Shown here: positions 1-8,074 of the stretch, piece by piece
How positions within the stretch are numbered: position 1 is the stretch's first letter
How the letters are laid out: every line of letters starts with the position of its first letter
Source of the DNA: Candidatus Scalindua sp.
GTDB lineage: Bacteria; Planctomycetota; Brocadiia; Brocadiales; Scalinduaceae
Reading direction: 5' to 3'
Length of the DNA: 32,000 bases
NCBI GenBank assembly: GCA_031316235.1
Contig: JALDRA010000001.1
Location: 180,001 to 212,000 of the forward strand
Translations under genes and position numbers: made by a program
The notes under the pieces: model-generated
The model's database searches: none
Told to the model about the DNA's origin: nothing
What the model saw: only the letters and a program-made list of their open reading frames with translations

Positions 1-97
1 ATTTTCTCATTGGTTGGTCATAGACACATCCGTCAAATGTTGTTATGACAAAAACAATTTTGATAGTAATTGAAATTTTTCTCATTTCCCCGTCCAT
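1..97 (-). CDS. Truncated 5' part of an unknown ORF leaving the window (MDGEMRKISITIKIVFVITTFDGCVYDQPMRK...), hydrophobic signal-like N-terminus
   Basis: Own minus-strand translation: ATG at 97..95 (alternative ATG 85..83), AAGGAGGG at 117..110 upstream, no stop before the window edge, so it is absent from the ORF track. A competing 22-codon ORF (ATG 101..99, MHGRGNEKNFNYYQNCFCHNNI) could use the same SD. Confidence 0.3.
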   Translation of the reverse strand, partial: MDGEMRKISITIKIVFVITTFDGCVYDQPMRK

Positions 98-245
98 GCA
101 TCACACACCCTCCTTTACGCATCTTTACTAAACGATGGTTTGGGAGGGTGGAGGTGGAAAGAAATTGTATTAAAAAGTTCAATCAATGATGATGCCCTTC
201 TTCCTCATGCATATGCCCATGGCCGTGTCCGTCATCATGTTCCCC

Positions 246-575
246 TCAATGAGATACTGCTTGGGCTTCTGCACATTCGCATGGAACACCTTTTCCCGCA
301 CAGTGACCACAGTCACGTTTTTCATGAAGTTGTGGGCATATACATGCATACTTGTCCGGATTCTTTGCAAAGGTGGTTTTACAGTTGCTAGAACAAAAAT
401 AATACGTATATCCCTCCTTAGTCAATGTCTCTGCATTATCCTTATCAATCTGCATCGTGCAGACACGGTCTGTTACCTTTCCGCCTTCACCTGCGAGTGT
501 CAGGTTCTCTGCATAAGTAATTGATAAACCAAGTAAAAGGATAAAAATAAGTCCAGGTGTAAAAATCTTTTTCAT
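246..575 (-). CDS. Small secreted YHS/TRASH-domain metal-binding protein with Cys-rich C-terminus
   Basis: 109 aa. Signal peptide MKKIFTPGLIFILLLGLSITYA/EN. YHS-type motif DRVCTMQI...GYTYYFCSSNCKTTFAKNPDKY. C-terminal CICPQLHEKRDCGHCAGKGVPCEC. AAGGAGG (583..589, minus strand) lies 7 nt upstream of the ATG. Confidence 0.8.
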   Translation of the reverse strand: MKKIFTPGLIFILLLGLSITYAENLTLAGEGGKVTDRVCTMQIDKDNAETLTKEGYTYYFCSSNCKTTFAKNPDKYACICPQLHEKRDCGHCAGKGVPCECAEAQAVSH

Positions 576-870
576 TTATTTGCCTCCTTAAATAAAATTA
601 CCAGAAATTAGTATTCTTTATAATTTTTATAAATAATATGTCCTAAATCACGCATCCATATTAATCACCCCCCTTGAAACTTCTCATTTCATCCCCTGAT
701 AAAGATATGCCCTTTTTCCTGACTGAAATCATCTGCAAAAATTCTCTTCTTCACTGAGATTTTCTTTATTGTATCAGTATTCAGTTTTATGTATTTTCCG
801 GCATGAGATTAAAAAAAAGATTTCGTCACAATATTCCTTTTGTTAATGAAATAAGTATGTTGTTTTAATA

Positions 871-885
871 ACAACTTTGATGCCA
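871..885 (-). promoter_or_regulatory. Candidate sigma-54 (-24/-12) promoter upstream of the YHS gene
   Basis: The minus strand reads TGGCATCAAAGTTGT (TGGCAY-N5-TTGT), about 295 nt upstream of ATG 575. The same pattern occurs at 14731..14745 and 26398..26412. The -12 element is TTGT instead of the consensus TTGC. Confidence 0.45.
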
Positions 886-1146
886 AAAGGTTAAAGAAGG
901 TAACAATAATTACTCATCATACAGAGATACAACAAGTTAAATTAGATTTTTCATTGTTATTTTGAGTATGAAAGAATGGTATGTTCAATTGATTGATGGA
1001 TTTCAAGCAGTGAGATGGGGGAAATGAAACTTTGGATTAATTGATTTGGAATAGGCAGATGAATACTTCATAGTATAATTTACGTATTAAAAAAACAATT
1101 TAAAGAAAATAGGCATTCACACCATACTGCTCTAACATCCTGTGTG

Positions 1147-1182
1147 TATACTAAAACCGATTTGGTTTTCGGTTTTAGTATA
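1147..1182. repeat. Perfect hairpin (14-bp arms, 8-nt loop) 29 nt downstream of the copA stop; member of the GGTTTTCGG-core repeat family; possible terminator
   Basis: tatactaaaaccga-tttggttt-tcggttttagtata. The same hairpin core (taaaaccga/tcggtttta) recurs at 14594..14619 in the opposite orientation. Confidence 0.6.
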
Positions 1183-1210
1183 ACAATCAAAATTTTGCAG
1201 GCTGGTAACA

Positions 1211-3706
1211 TTATACAAGTTTTACCCGTCTGAGCCTTAACGAGTTGGATATCACCGAGACCGAGCTGAAACTCATGGCGGCCGCTGCTATCATCGGGCT
1301 GAGCAACAACCCAAACACCGGATAGAGAGCGCCCGCGGCAATCGGAATACCAAGCGCATTATAGATAAAGGCAAAGAACAGGTTCTGTTTAATATTTCCC
1401 ATGGTAGCGCGGCTGAGCTGCCTGGCCCGAACGATCCCACGCAAGTCACCCTTAACCAGGGTTACGCCTGCGCTCTCCATGGCAACATCTGTTCCCGTGC
1501 CCATTGCGATGCCAACCTGTGCCTGTGCAAGTGCCGGAGCATCATTGATGCCGTCACCGGCCATAGCGACGATAAACCCCTCACTTTGAAGCCGTTTGAT
1601 TTCATCAGCCTTCTGGTCGGGCATCACTTCAGCGATAACCTTGTCTATGCCGAGCTTCGCCGCTATGGCCTTTGCGGTGGCATAGTTGTCACCGGTCAGC
1701 ATGACAATTTCCAAACCTTCATCGTGCAGTTTCTGAACAGCCTCAACGGTATTTTCTTTAATAAGATCAGCTACGCTGACAAGACCCGCCGGTTTACTAT
1801 CCACCGCAATGTACATTACGGTTTGACCCTGGGAGCGCAATGACCCTGCTTGAGAATCAAAGTCACCGAATTCGACACCAAGATCTTCCATCAGGGAATG
1901 GTTGCCGAGAGCAACTGGTAATCCATCAACAATACCCTTGACTCCTTTTCCCGTGATAGACTCGAAAGATTCAGCGTTTGCAAGCTTGACTTTACGCTCT
2001 TCCGCTCCCGAAACAATGGCGGTTGCCAGGGGATGTTCGCTGCCACGTTCAAGACTTGCGGCAAGACGTAACAGCTCATTTTCATCAAAGTCGGCGCATG
2101 CCATAACTGCAACGAGCCCTGGCTTTCCTTCTGTAAGTGTGCCGGTTTTATCCACAACCAGGGTATTAACCTTCCGCATGACTTCGATTGCTTCAGCATT
2201 TTTGAACAACACCCCGAAGGCTGCACCTTTTCCAGTCGCCACCATGATTGACATAGGCGTTGCCAGGCCGAGGGCACAGGGACAGGCAATAATCAACACG
2301 GCAACAGCATTGATAATAGCATGTGCCATTCGTGGATCGGGCCCGGCTATTGCCCAGACAGCAAAGGTAACAATCGAAACAGCAAGAACAGCAGGCACGA
2401 AATAGCCTGCAACAATATCAGCAAGTTTCTGTATAGGCGCTCGGCTGCGCTGCGCAGCTCTGACCATTGCCACAATACGTGAGAGCATTGTATCCGAACC
2501 CACCTTTTCAGCCCGCATGACCAACGATCCTGTCCCATTGATCGTTGCACCAATAACAGGGTCACCAGGCTCTTTGGTGACGGGAATAGGCTCGCCTGTC
2601 ACCATCGATTCATCCACATAACTTTTACCCTCAAGGACAGCACCATCAACCGGTATTTTTTCTCCCGGACGCACACGAATCCGGTTGCCTACCTGCACCG
2701 TTTCAAGAGGGATATCCTCCTCTGTGCCATCGTCACGAATCATCCGGGCAGTCTTGGGGGTCAGTCCCAGGAGTTTCTTGATAGCGGCCCCCGTCTTACT
2801 CCTGGCACGCAGTTCAAGCACCTGGCCGAGCAGGATCAAGGTTACGATCATTCCGGAAGCCTCGAAGTAGACCGCCACTCCACCAGACTCGCTTCGAAAA
2901 GATGCTGGAAAGATGTTGGGAAACAGCGCTGCCACAACGCTGTAGATGTAAGCGACACTCACACCCATTCCGATTAGTGTGTACATATTGAGGTTCTTGT
3001 TGAAAATTGACTGAATGGCTCGTACATAGAATGGCCATGCAGACCATGTGCAAACAGGAGTGGTCAGGGCCAACTCTATCAGTACTCGCCACTGAGTAGA
3101 TAGCAATCTTGAGACAGGTTCACCAGGAAGCATGTCTCCCATCGAAACTAAGAGAAGCGGAAAAGTAAATATACCGGCAAAGATGAACCTTCTTTTCATG
3201 TCACGAAACTCAGGGTTCTCCTCATCCTCTTCTGCTGTAACTGTCCTGGATTCAAGAATCATACCACACTTTGGGCATACGCCCGTTGCGTTTTGTACTA
3301 TTTCAGGATGCATGGGACAAACATATGCTGTTTGTATGGCGGGGGCAGGAATGCTTGCAAGCTCAAGCGCCATACCGCACTTGGGACAGATTCCGGGCCT
3401 TGATTGACTGATTTCCGGGTGCATCGGGCAAGTGTATTCCACTACATTCGCAGATTTCCGGCTATCAATTATGGTTGATGTGTCTTCCATTTCCTTCCTG
3501 GTATAACCTTCTGCCCGGAGATAATGATCCGGATCGGTCTTAAATTTCTGCTGACAGTTTTCACTGCAAAAGGTATACAATTTTTCTGCATGCCTGGCAT
3601 GATAGTTTGAATCTTTGGCAACCTTCATACCACATACAGGGTCTGTCGTCTCAATTCCACTTCCGGCTGTTTCACGTGAATATTGCTTGTAATTTTTTTT
3701 TCTCAT
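1211..3706 (-). CDS. copA: Copper(I)/silver-translocating P1B-type ATPase with an N-terminal YHS domain and two CPMHPE-CPKCGM metal-binding motifs
   Basis: ORF 1211..3796. The likely start is ATG 3706 (MRKKNYKQ) with GGAG 5 nt upstream. Motifs: YHS motif DPVCGMKV...[34 protein letters not shown] and [22 protein letters not shown], transmembrane CPC ([13 protein letters not shown]), DKTGTLT phosphorylation site, GDGINDAP hinge. Confidence 0.95.
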   Translation of the reverse strand: MRKKNYKQYSRETAGSGIETTDPVCGMKVAKDSNYHARHAEKLYTFCSENCQQKFKTDPDHYLRAEGYTRKEMEDTSTIIDSRKSANVVEYTCPMHPEISQSRPGICPKCGMALELASIPAPAIQTAYVCPMHPEIVQNATGVCPKCGMILESRTVTAEEDEENPEFRDMKRRFIFAGIFTFPLLLVSMGDMLPGEPVSRLLSTQWRVLIELALTTPVCTWSAWPFYVRAIQSIFNKNLNMYTLIGMGVSVAYIYSVVAALFPNIFPASFRSESGGVAVYFEASGMIVTLILLGQVLELRARSKTGAAIKKLLGLTPKTARMIRDDGTEEDIPLETVQVGNRIRVRPGEKIPVDGAVLEGKSYVDESMVTGEPIPVTKEPGDPVIGATINGTGSLVMRAEKVGSDTMLSRIVAMVRAAQRSRAPIQKLADIVAGYFVPAVLAVSIVTFAVWAIAGPDPRMAHAIINAVAVLIIACPCALGLATPMSIMVATGKGAAFGVLFKNAEAIEVMRKVNTLVVDKTGTLTEGKPGLVAVMACADFDENELLRLAASLERGSEHPLATAIVSGAEERKVKLANAESFESITGKGVKGIVDGLPVALGNHSLMEDLGVEFGDFDSQAGSLRSQGQTVMYIAVDSKPAGLVSVADLIKENTVEAVQKLHDEGLEIVMLTGDNYATAKAIAAKLGIDKVIAEVMPDQKADEIKRLQSEGFIVAMAGDGINDAPALAQAQVGIAMGTGTDVAMESAGVTLVKGDLRGIVRARQLSRATMGNIKQNLFFAFIYNALGIPIAAGALYPVFGLLLSPMIAAAAMSFSSVSVISNSLRLRRVKLV

Positions 3707-3860
3707 AATCACTCCAAAATCATCGTTTTGACTTCGTTTAGTCTTTTTGTTGACTCGATAATCAATCAGTATAAGATATGTTATTTGTTCAGTCAACCCT
3801 GCTTACGTCATTACCGAACCCACGTGAGGGCACAGTAAAAAAGAATATGACTCCGCTGTG

Positions 3861-5156
3861 TTACGGTTTCCTGGATAGCTCAATCCCGACTACTTTTTCC
3901 AGCTCTGCCAGGTTTATGCCGAAATCAGCAATAGCCCTGTAATATGCAAGGTTAAAAGCAAGCAAGACTCTCTGGCTGTCAATAAGATTCAGGAAGTCTA
4001 CCTGACCTGCCTGGTAACCGATCTCTGCCGCTTTAAGTGACTGTTTTGCCTGTGGTATAATACTTCCCTTGTAAAGATTAACCAACCTCTCTGCTGTCTG
4101 TAACCTGAAATGAAAGTCTTTCACTCCGAAGAGTGTCATATTTTCCATGTTCTTATACGCCTTTTCACTGGATTTGAGCCTGGCATCCGCCTCTCTTACG
4201 CCTGCGTCATATTTCCTTTTCTGAAAGATTGGTACGTTAATGCTCAGTGTGCCTGCATACGAATCCCTGCCCTCTCCAACAGGTGATGAAAAATCATTAG
4301 TTAGGTTATAATTAAATCCGAACGTAAAATCAGGGTAGTACTGTTTTTTTGCAAGTTTATAAGCGGCTTTGTTTCTATCTATCCTGTATTTAAAAGTTTC
4401 GAGTTCCGGGCTGATCTTCTTTGCCTCTTTATAAAGTTCCGCAATTGGAACATCAAATTCAGTAATATCAACCTCTTCCGGAATACCAAGCGGTGTTTCG
4501 GGATGTTTATTTAATAAGGTATTTATCCTTGCCATTGCGGTTTCTTTTAACTGTTCCAGAGTGATTAATTCGTTCATTATATCGGAAAGCTCTACCTGCG
4601 CCTTCAGAACATCCTGTTGTGTCGCTTTAGCCGTGGCGTATTTTATTTCTGCAATCTTTACAAATCTTTGTAAAAGTTCTCTGTTTTCCTCGTTTATACG
4701 TATTGACTTATGCACCCAATACAACTCATAAAATGCCGATTTGGCGTTTGCTACAATATCTCTTTCCAATGCTCTATATCTTTCTCCAATGGCATTTGCC
4801 TCATTCTCAGCAACTTCTCCCCTTAACCTGAGTTTGCCAAAGAACGGTATCTTCTGTGACGCCATAAACCCCGCCTGTATCTCTCCCATTTGATCTCCAT
4901 AATAAGTGAACCCCAAATCAGGGTCATCTAAAGCGCTGACCTGCGGTACCCTTTCTTTTGACGCATCCCAAATCAATTTAGCCGACTTGAAATCAGGATT
5001 TGATCTTAATGCTTCGTCTATAACCCACCGTATTCTCAAAATGTCGTTCTTATCTGCTGCTATTGCAATTCCACTAAATGTCGTAACAAGAAATAACACC
5101 GTTAACAACAATTTGGAGAAAAAAAAGAATCTGTTTTTACTATACATTAAATTCAT
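3861..5156 (-). CDS. TolC-family outer-membrane efflux factor (CusC-like role, non-lipoprotein signal peptide)
   Basis: 431 aa. Signal peptide ending AIA/AD. Long coiled-coil-rich sequence with two similar halves, typical of outer-membrane efflux proteins. AGGGG lies about 7 nt upstream of the ATG. Located inside the cus-like cluster. Confidence 0.8.
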   Translation of the reverse strand: MNLMYSKNRFFFFSKLLLTVLFLVTTFSGIAIAADKNDILRIRWVIDEALRSNPDFKSAKLIWDASKERVPQVSALDDPDLGFTYYGDQMGEIQAGFMASQKIPFFGKLRLRGEVAENEANAIGERYRALERDIVANAKSAFYELYWVHKSIRINEENRELLQRFVKIAEIKYATAKATQQDVLKAQVELSDIMNELITLEQLKETAMARINTLLNKHPETPLGIPEEVDITEFDVPIAELYKEAKKISPELETFKYRIDRNKAAYKLAKKQYYPDFTFGFNYNLTNDFSSPVGEGRDSYAGTLSINVPIFQKRKYDAGVREADARLKSSEKAYKNMENMTLFGVKDFHFRLQTAERLVNLYKGSIIPQAKQSLKAAEIGYQAGQVDFLNLIDSQRVLLAFNLAYYRAIADFGINLAELEKVVGIELSRKP

Positions 5157-5179
5157 TGTTTACCCCTTTTTTTTACATG

Positions 5180-5210
5180 TTTCGTGCTTCGGTTTTCGGA
5201 TTTCGAATTT
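5180..5210. repeat. Short intergenic repeat (tttcgtgcttcggttttcggatttcgaattt), inverted partner at 6690..6713
   Basis: Its reverse complement, aaattcgaaatcc[gaaaacc]gaagcacgaaa, equals 6690..6713 (aaatttgaaatccgaagcacgaaa) except for one C/T change and the 7-nt gaaaacc indel. It contains the GGTTTTCGG core. Confidence 0.6.
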
Positions 5211-5275
5211 AAACGTAAAACAATACTAAACATTTCGATGATTCACCTTGACTAAACCATTCAGGCGAGAAAGCA

Positions 5276-6640
5276 TTATTCACTAGATTTAATATTATAC
5301 TTTTCCAATCTATAAATAAGGGTATTTCTTGTAATGCCCAGAAGCTCTGCGGCCCTTGTCTGGTTATACCCGGATTTTTTCAATGCATTTATAATCAGCA
5401 TTTTTTCTACTTCCTCAAGTTTAATACCTTCATCAGGGATTTCCAGTGAGATTGGACTACAAAATTGCTCACTCTTTATGTGTTCAGGGATATCTTGAGC
5501 CCCAATCACATTGTCTTCTTCCTTTAAGACAATTGCCCTTTCGATAATATTTTCCAGCTCCCTTACATTTCCCGGCCAATCATAGCGATTAAGGATACCA
5601 AATACTTCAGGTCTGATCTTACAATTTTCGCAGCCATATTTACTCAAAAAATGTTGTACAAGCGATGGAATGTCATCTTTTCTCTCCCTCAGCGGAGGCA
5701 GAAAAATAGGTATTACACTGACCCTGTAATATAGATCCTCTCTGAATTTCCCATCTTTAATAGCAATCTCAAGTGGAATATTTGTTGCTGCAATAACACG
5801 TACATCCACATGAATAGTGTGTGTTGAACCAACCTTGTCTATAGATTTTTCCTGCAGTACTCTGAGTAATTTCACCTGCAGGTCCTTATCCATGTCTCCA
5901 ATCTCGTCAAGGAAGATGGTACCTCCATCTGCTGCCTCAAACTTTCCCGGTTTGTCCCGTATTGCGCCGGTAAAAGCCCCTTTGACATACCCGAACATCT
6001 CACTTTCCATCAGGTTTTGAGGAATTGCCGAACAATTTACTGTTATAAATGGTTTCTTTGCCCTCGAACTATTAAAATGTATGGCCTTTGCAATCAGCTC
6101 CTTGCCTGTCCCGCTCTCCCCCTGTAAAAGTATACTGGAATTACTTTTGGCAACCCGGCCAACCAGATCGAATATTCCCCTCATTTTTGAACTGTTACCA
6201 ATAATATTGTCAAGCCTGAAACGATCTGTCAGTTCCTGTTTCAATCTTATATTTTCCAGCATCAGGGATTGCAGGTGCAGGCCTTTTTCAATCAAAATCT
6301 TAAGCTCTTCCCTGTCAAAGGGTTTAACTATATAGTCATACGCGCCAAGTTTCATAGCCCTTACGGCTGTATCAATGCTGCCGTGTGCAGTTATCATAAT
6401 TACAAGAGCGCTGCTTTTCAGTCTCTTTATCTCCTCTAAAAGTTGTAAACCATCCATCTTTTCCATCTTTATATCAGTAACCACGATATCCACATCTTCA
6501 CGCTTAAAAATCTTCAGTGCTTCTTCGCCATTCCTTGCGAGGAGCAGCCTATAGCCCTTGTTGCTGAGGTTATATTCGATAACCCTTCTCAGGCTTTCAT
6601 CATCATCGGCAATGAGTATTGTCTTATCAGTTGATGTCAC
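5276..6640 (-). CDS. NtrC-family sigma-54-dependent response regulator (REC + AAA+ + Fis-type HTH)
   Basis: 454 aa with a GTG start. Receiver domain (ILIADDD...[12 protein letters not shown]). Walker [15 protein letters not shown] sigma-54 contact motif (KGAFTGA). C-terminal HTH ([23 protein letters not shown]). Confidence 0.9.
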   Translation of the reverse strand: MTSTDKTILIADDDESLRRVIEYNLSNKGYRLLLARNGEEALKIFKREDVDIVVTDIKMEKMDGLQLLEEIKRLKSSALVIMITAHGSIDTAVRAMKLGAYDYIVKPFDREELKILIEKGLHLQSLMLENIRLKQELTDRFRLDNIIGNSSKMRGIFDLVGRVAKSNSSILLQGESGTGKELIAKAIHFNSSRAKKPFITVNCSAIPQNLMESEMFGYVKGAFTGAIRDKPGKFEAADGGTIFLDEIGDMDKDLQVKLLRVLQEKSIDKVGSTHTIHVDVRVIAATNIPLEIAIKDGKFREDLYYRVSVIPIFLPPLRERKDDIPSLVQHFLSKYGCENCKIRPEVFGILNRYDWPGNVRELENIIERAIVLKEEDNVIGAQDIPEHIKSEQFCSPISLEIPDEGIKLEEVEKMLIINALKKSGYNQTRAAELLGITRNTLIYRLEKYNIKSSE

Positions 6641-6689
6641 TTTTACTTACCTCATAAAAATAGCATAGCCACGGTAAAGCATATCCATC

Positions 6690-6713
6690 AAATTTGAAAT
6701 CCGAAGCACGAAA
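6690..6713. repeat. Inverted partner of the 5180..5210 repeat; a further ttcggattt 9-mer copy lies at 6838..6846
   Basis: aaatttgaaatccgaagcacgaaa. aaatccgaa (6697..6705) is the reverse complement of ttcggattt at 5194..5202 and 6838..6846. Confidence 0.55.
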
Positions 6714-6878
6714 TACGAAACAAATCAGAATAACTCAAATTATAATTTTCCAAACCACTGAAACAAACAACGATTCAGGTTGTTTTGAGTTTTCAGAATT
6801 CGAATTTCGACATTGTTTCACGCTTTGATATTCGATATTCGGATTTGCCATTCTTTATTTTGGCCACAGCTCCGACAC

Positions 6879-7961
6879 CTATGTTACTGTCTCGATCGGT
6901 AAACATACCGTAAATGTAGTTCCCTCATCTTCCTTAGTAGAAAATCTGATCTCACCTTTATGACCTTCAAGTATCCTGTAAACAATTACCAGCCCAAGAC
7001 CTGTACCATTGTTTTTGCTGGTATAAAAGGGTGTAAACAGATTCTTCTGGCAATCTTTGCTGATTCCTGTCCCGGTATCGGAGAAGAGACACACAATTTT
7101 AGAATCACCCATGTAAGAGCTTACCTCAAGGGTACCACCATCCGGCATGGCCTGGACAGCGTTAATTACAAGATTCAGAAAAACCTGCTTCATCTGGTCA
7201 GGGTCAACATACACAGAGGGGAGCGTATCTTCTAAATGTGTCTTGAGGTTGATCCCGGATCTTGTCATCTGATGTTCAGTTAATTGAAGCACTGAGAGAA
7301 TAATGCCATTCATATTTGATAACTTCAGTTTTGGCGGTCTGGGTTTTGAGAAATCGAGAAATCCACCAATAACCGCATCTAACCGATTAACCTCCTTTAT
7401 CAGAATCTCTACAAACTCATATTCTTTATCCCCCGGCTTAAACTTATCAGATAAAATCTCAGCAGTCCCTTTTATCGAAGCAAGAGGGTTCCTGACCTCA
7501 TGCGCGATTCCAGCGGAGAGTTTGCCTAACGAGGACAGGCGGTCTGCGTGCCGTAGTTGTTCTTCAGCTTGAGCAAGTACGCCGGCTTGATGCCTCAATT
7601 TAGCAGTTGCATTCATTTGTTTCTGTGAAAGTAATCCTGTTACAAAACCTATTATATGATAAAGAACGATTTCAAGTGTCTTTGGAAGATCATTCGTAAA
7701 AAAACTACCACCCCACTGGTAAAAAACGTGAGGCAGATAAAATAAACTTACCACAACCGCGCAGAACATGCCGCCTTTTATCCCAAACCAGAAGGCCGAA
7801 AGAATAATGGGAACATAGTAAAGCCTCCGGTAAATCTCATGGAGACCATGATATTTATGTTCCGTACCTGTAACGTAATGAAAAATGCTCACTCCTATAA
7901 TAAATAAAGCCAGAACAACAATTTTCCAAACATATTTGTACTCATAAGTCTTTGAAGTCAA
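6879..7961 (-). CDS. Membrane-embedded sensor histidine kinase (about 4 TM segments, HisKA + HATPase_c), partner of the sigma-54 response regulator
   Basis: 360 aa with a TTG start. H-box GIAHEVRNPL. N, G1 and G2 boxes (LVINAVQAM, DTGTGI, GTGLGL). The hydrophobic N-terminal 115 aa have only short loops. Confidence 0.85.
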   Translation of the reverse strand: MTSKTYEYKYVWKIVVLALFIIGVSIFHYVTGTEHKYHGLHEIYRRLYYVPIILSAFWFGIKGGMFCAVVVSLFYLPHVFYQWGGSFFTNDLPKTLEIVLYHIIGFVTGLLSQKQMNATAKLRHQAGVLAQAEEQLRHADRLSSLGKLSAGIAHEVRNPLASIKGTAEILSDKFKPGDKEYEFVEILIKEVNRLDAVIGGFLDFSKPRPPKLKLSNMNGIILSVLQLTEHQMTRSGINLKTHLEDTLPSVYVDPDQMKQVFLNLVINAVQAMPDGGTLEVSSYMGDSKIVCLFSDTGTGISKDCQKNLFTPFYTSKNNGTGLGLVIVYRILEGHKGEIRFSTKEDEGTTFTVCLPIETVT

Positions 7962-8074
7962 AATATCTTATCCTTGTAAATCCCAAACCTGATCAAGACA
8001 GAACCAAACAGGAAGTTAATAAATTACCTGTCTGCGTCTTATTATACATCATAAAAATTTACATACCGTTTTTA

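Noticed and set aside
186-524. 112-aa plus-strand ORF (MMMPFFLMHMPMAVSVIMF...) and the overlapping ORFs 140..391 (+) and 179..370 (-)
   Set aside because: They are mirror-image or off-frame ORFs of the well-supported minus-strand YHS gene (signal peptide, domain motif, strong SD). Their Met/His-rich start is simply the antisense of the His-rich tail.
925-935. 11-mer AGAGATACAAC shared between the YHS upstream region (925..935) and the cusB leader (14681..14691)
   Set aside because: It lies upstream of one predicted promoter but downstream of the other. A single 11-mer match between two AT-rich regions of about 700 bp is close to chance expectation.
1401-3407. Multiple 60-170-aa ORFs inside copA on both strands (for example 1902..2405 +, 1891..2289 -, 3132..3407 +)
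   Set aside because: These are shadow ORFs within a full-length P-type ATPase gene that has all catalytic motifs. They have no SDs and low-complexity Ala/Ser/Arg-rich translations.
3707-3796. N-terminal extensions offered by the ORF track (copA 3707..3796; also 12032..12058 for cusA, 15827..15967, 21980..21997, 26969..26983, 28327..28473)
   Set aside because: Internal ATGs with better SD spacing, or ATGs that start exactly at the signal/anchor or conserved domain, are more plausible. The extensions have no family-like sequence.
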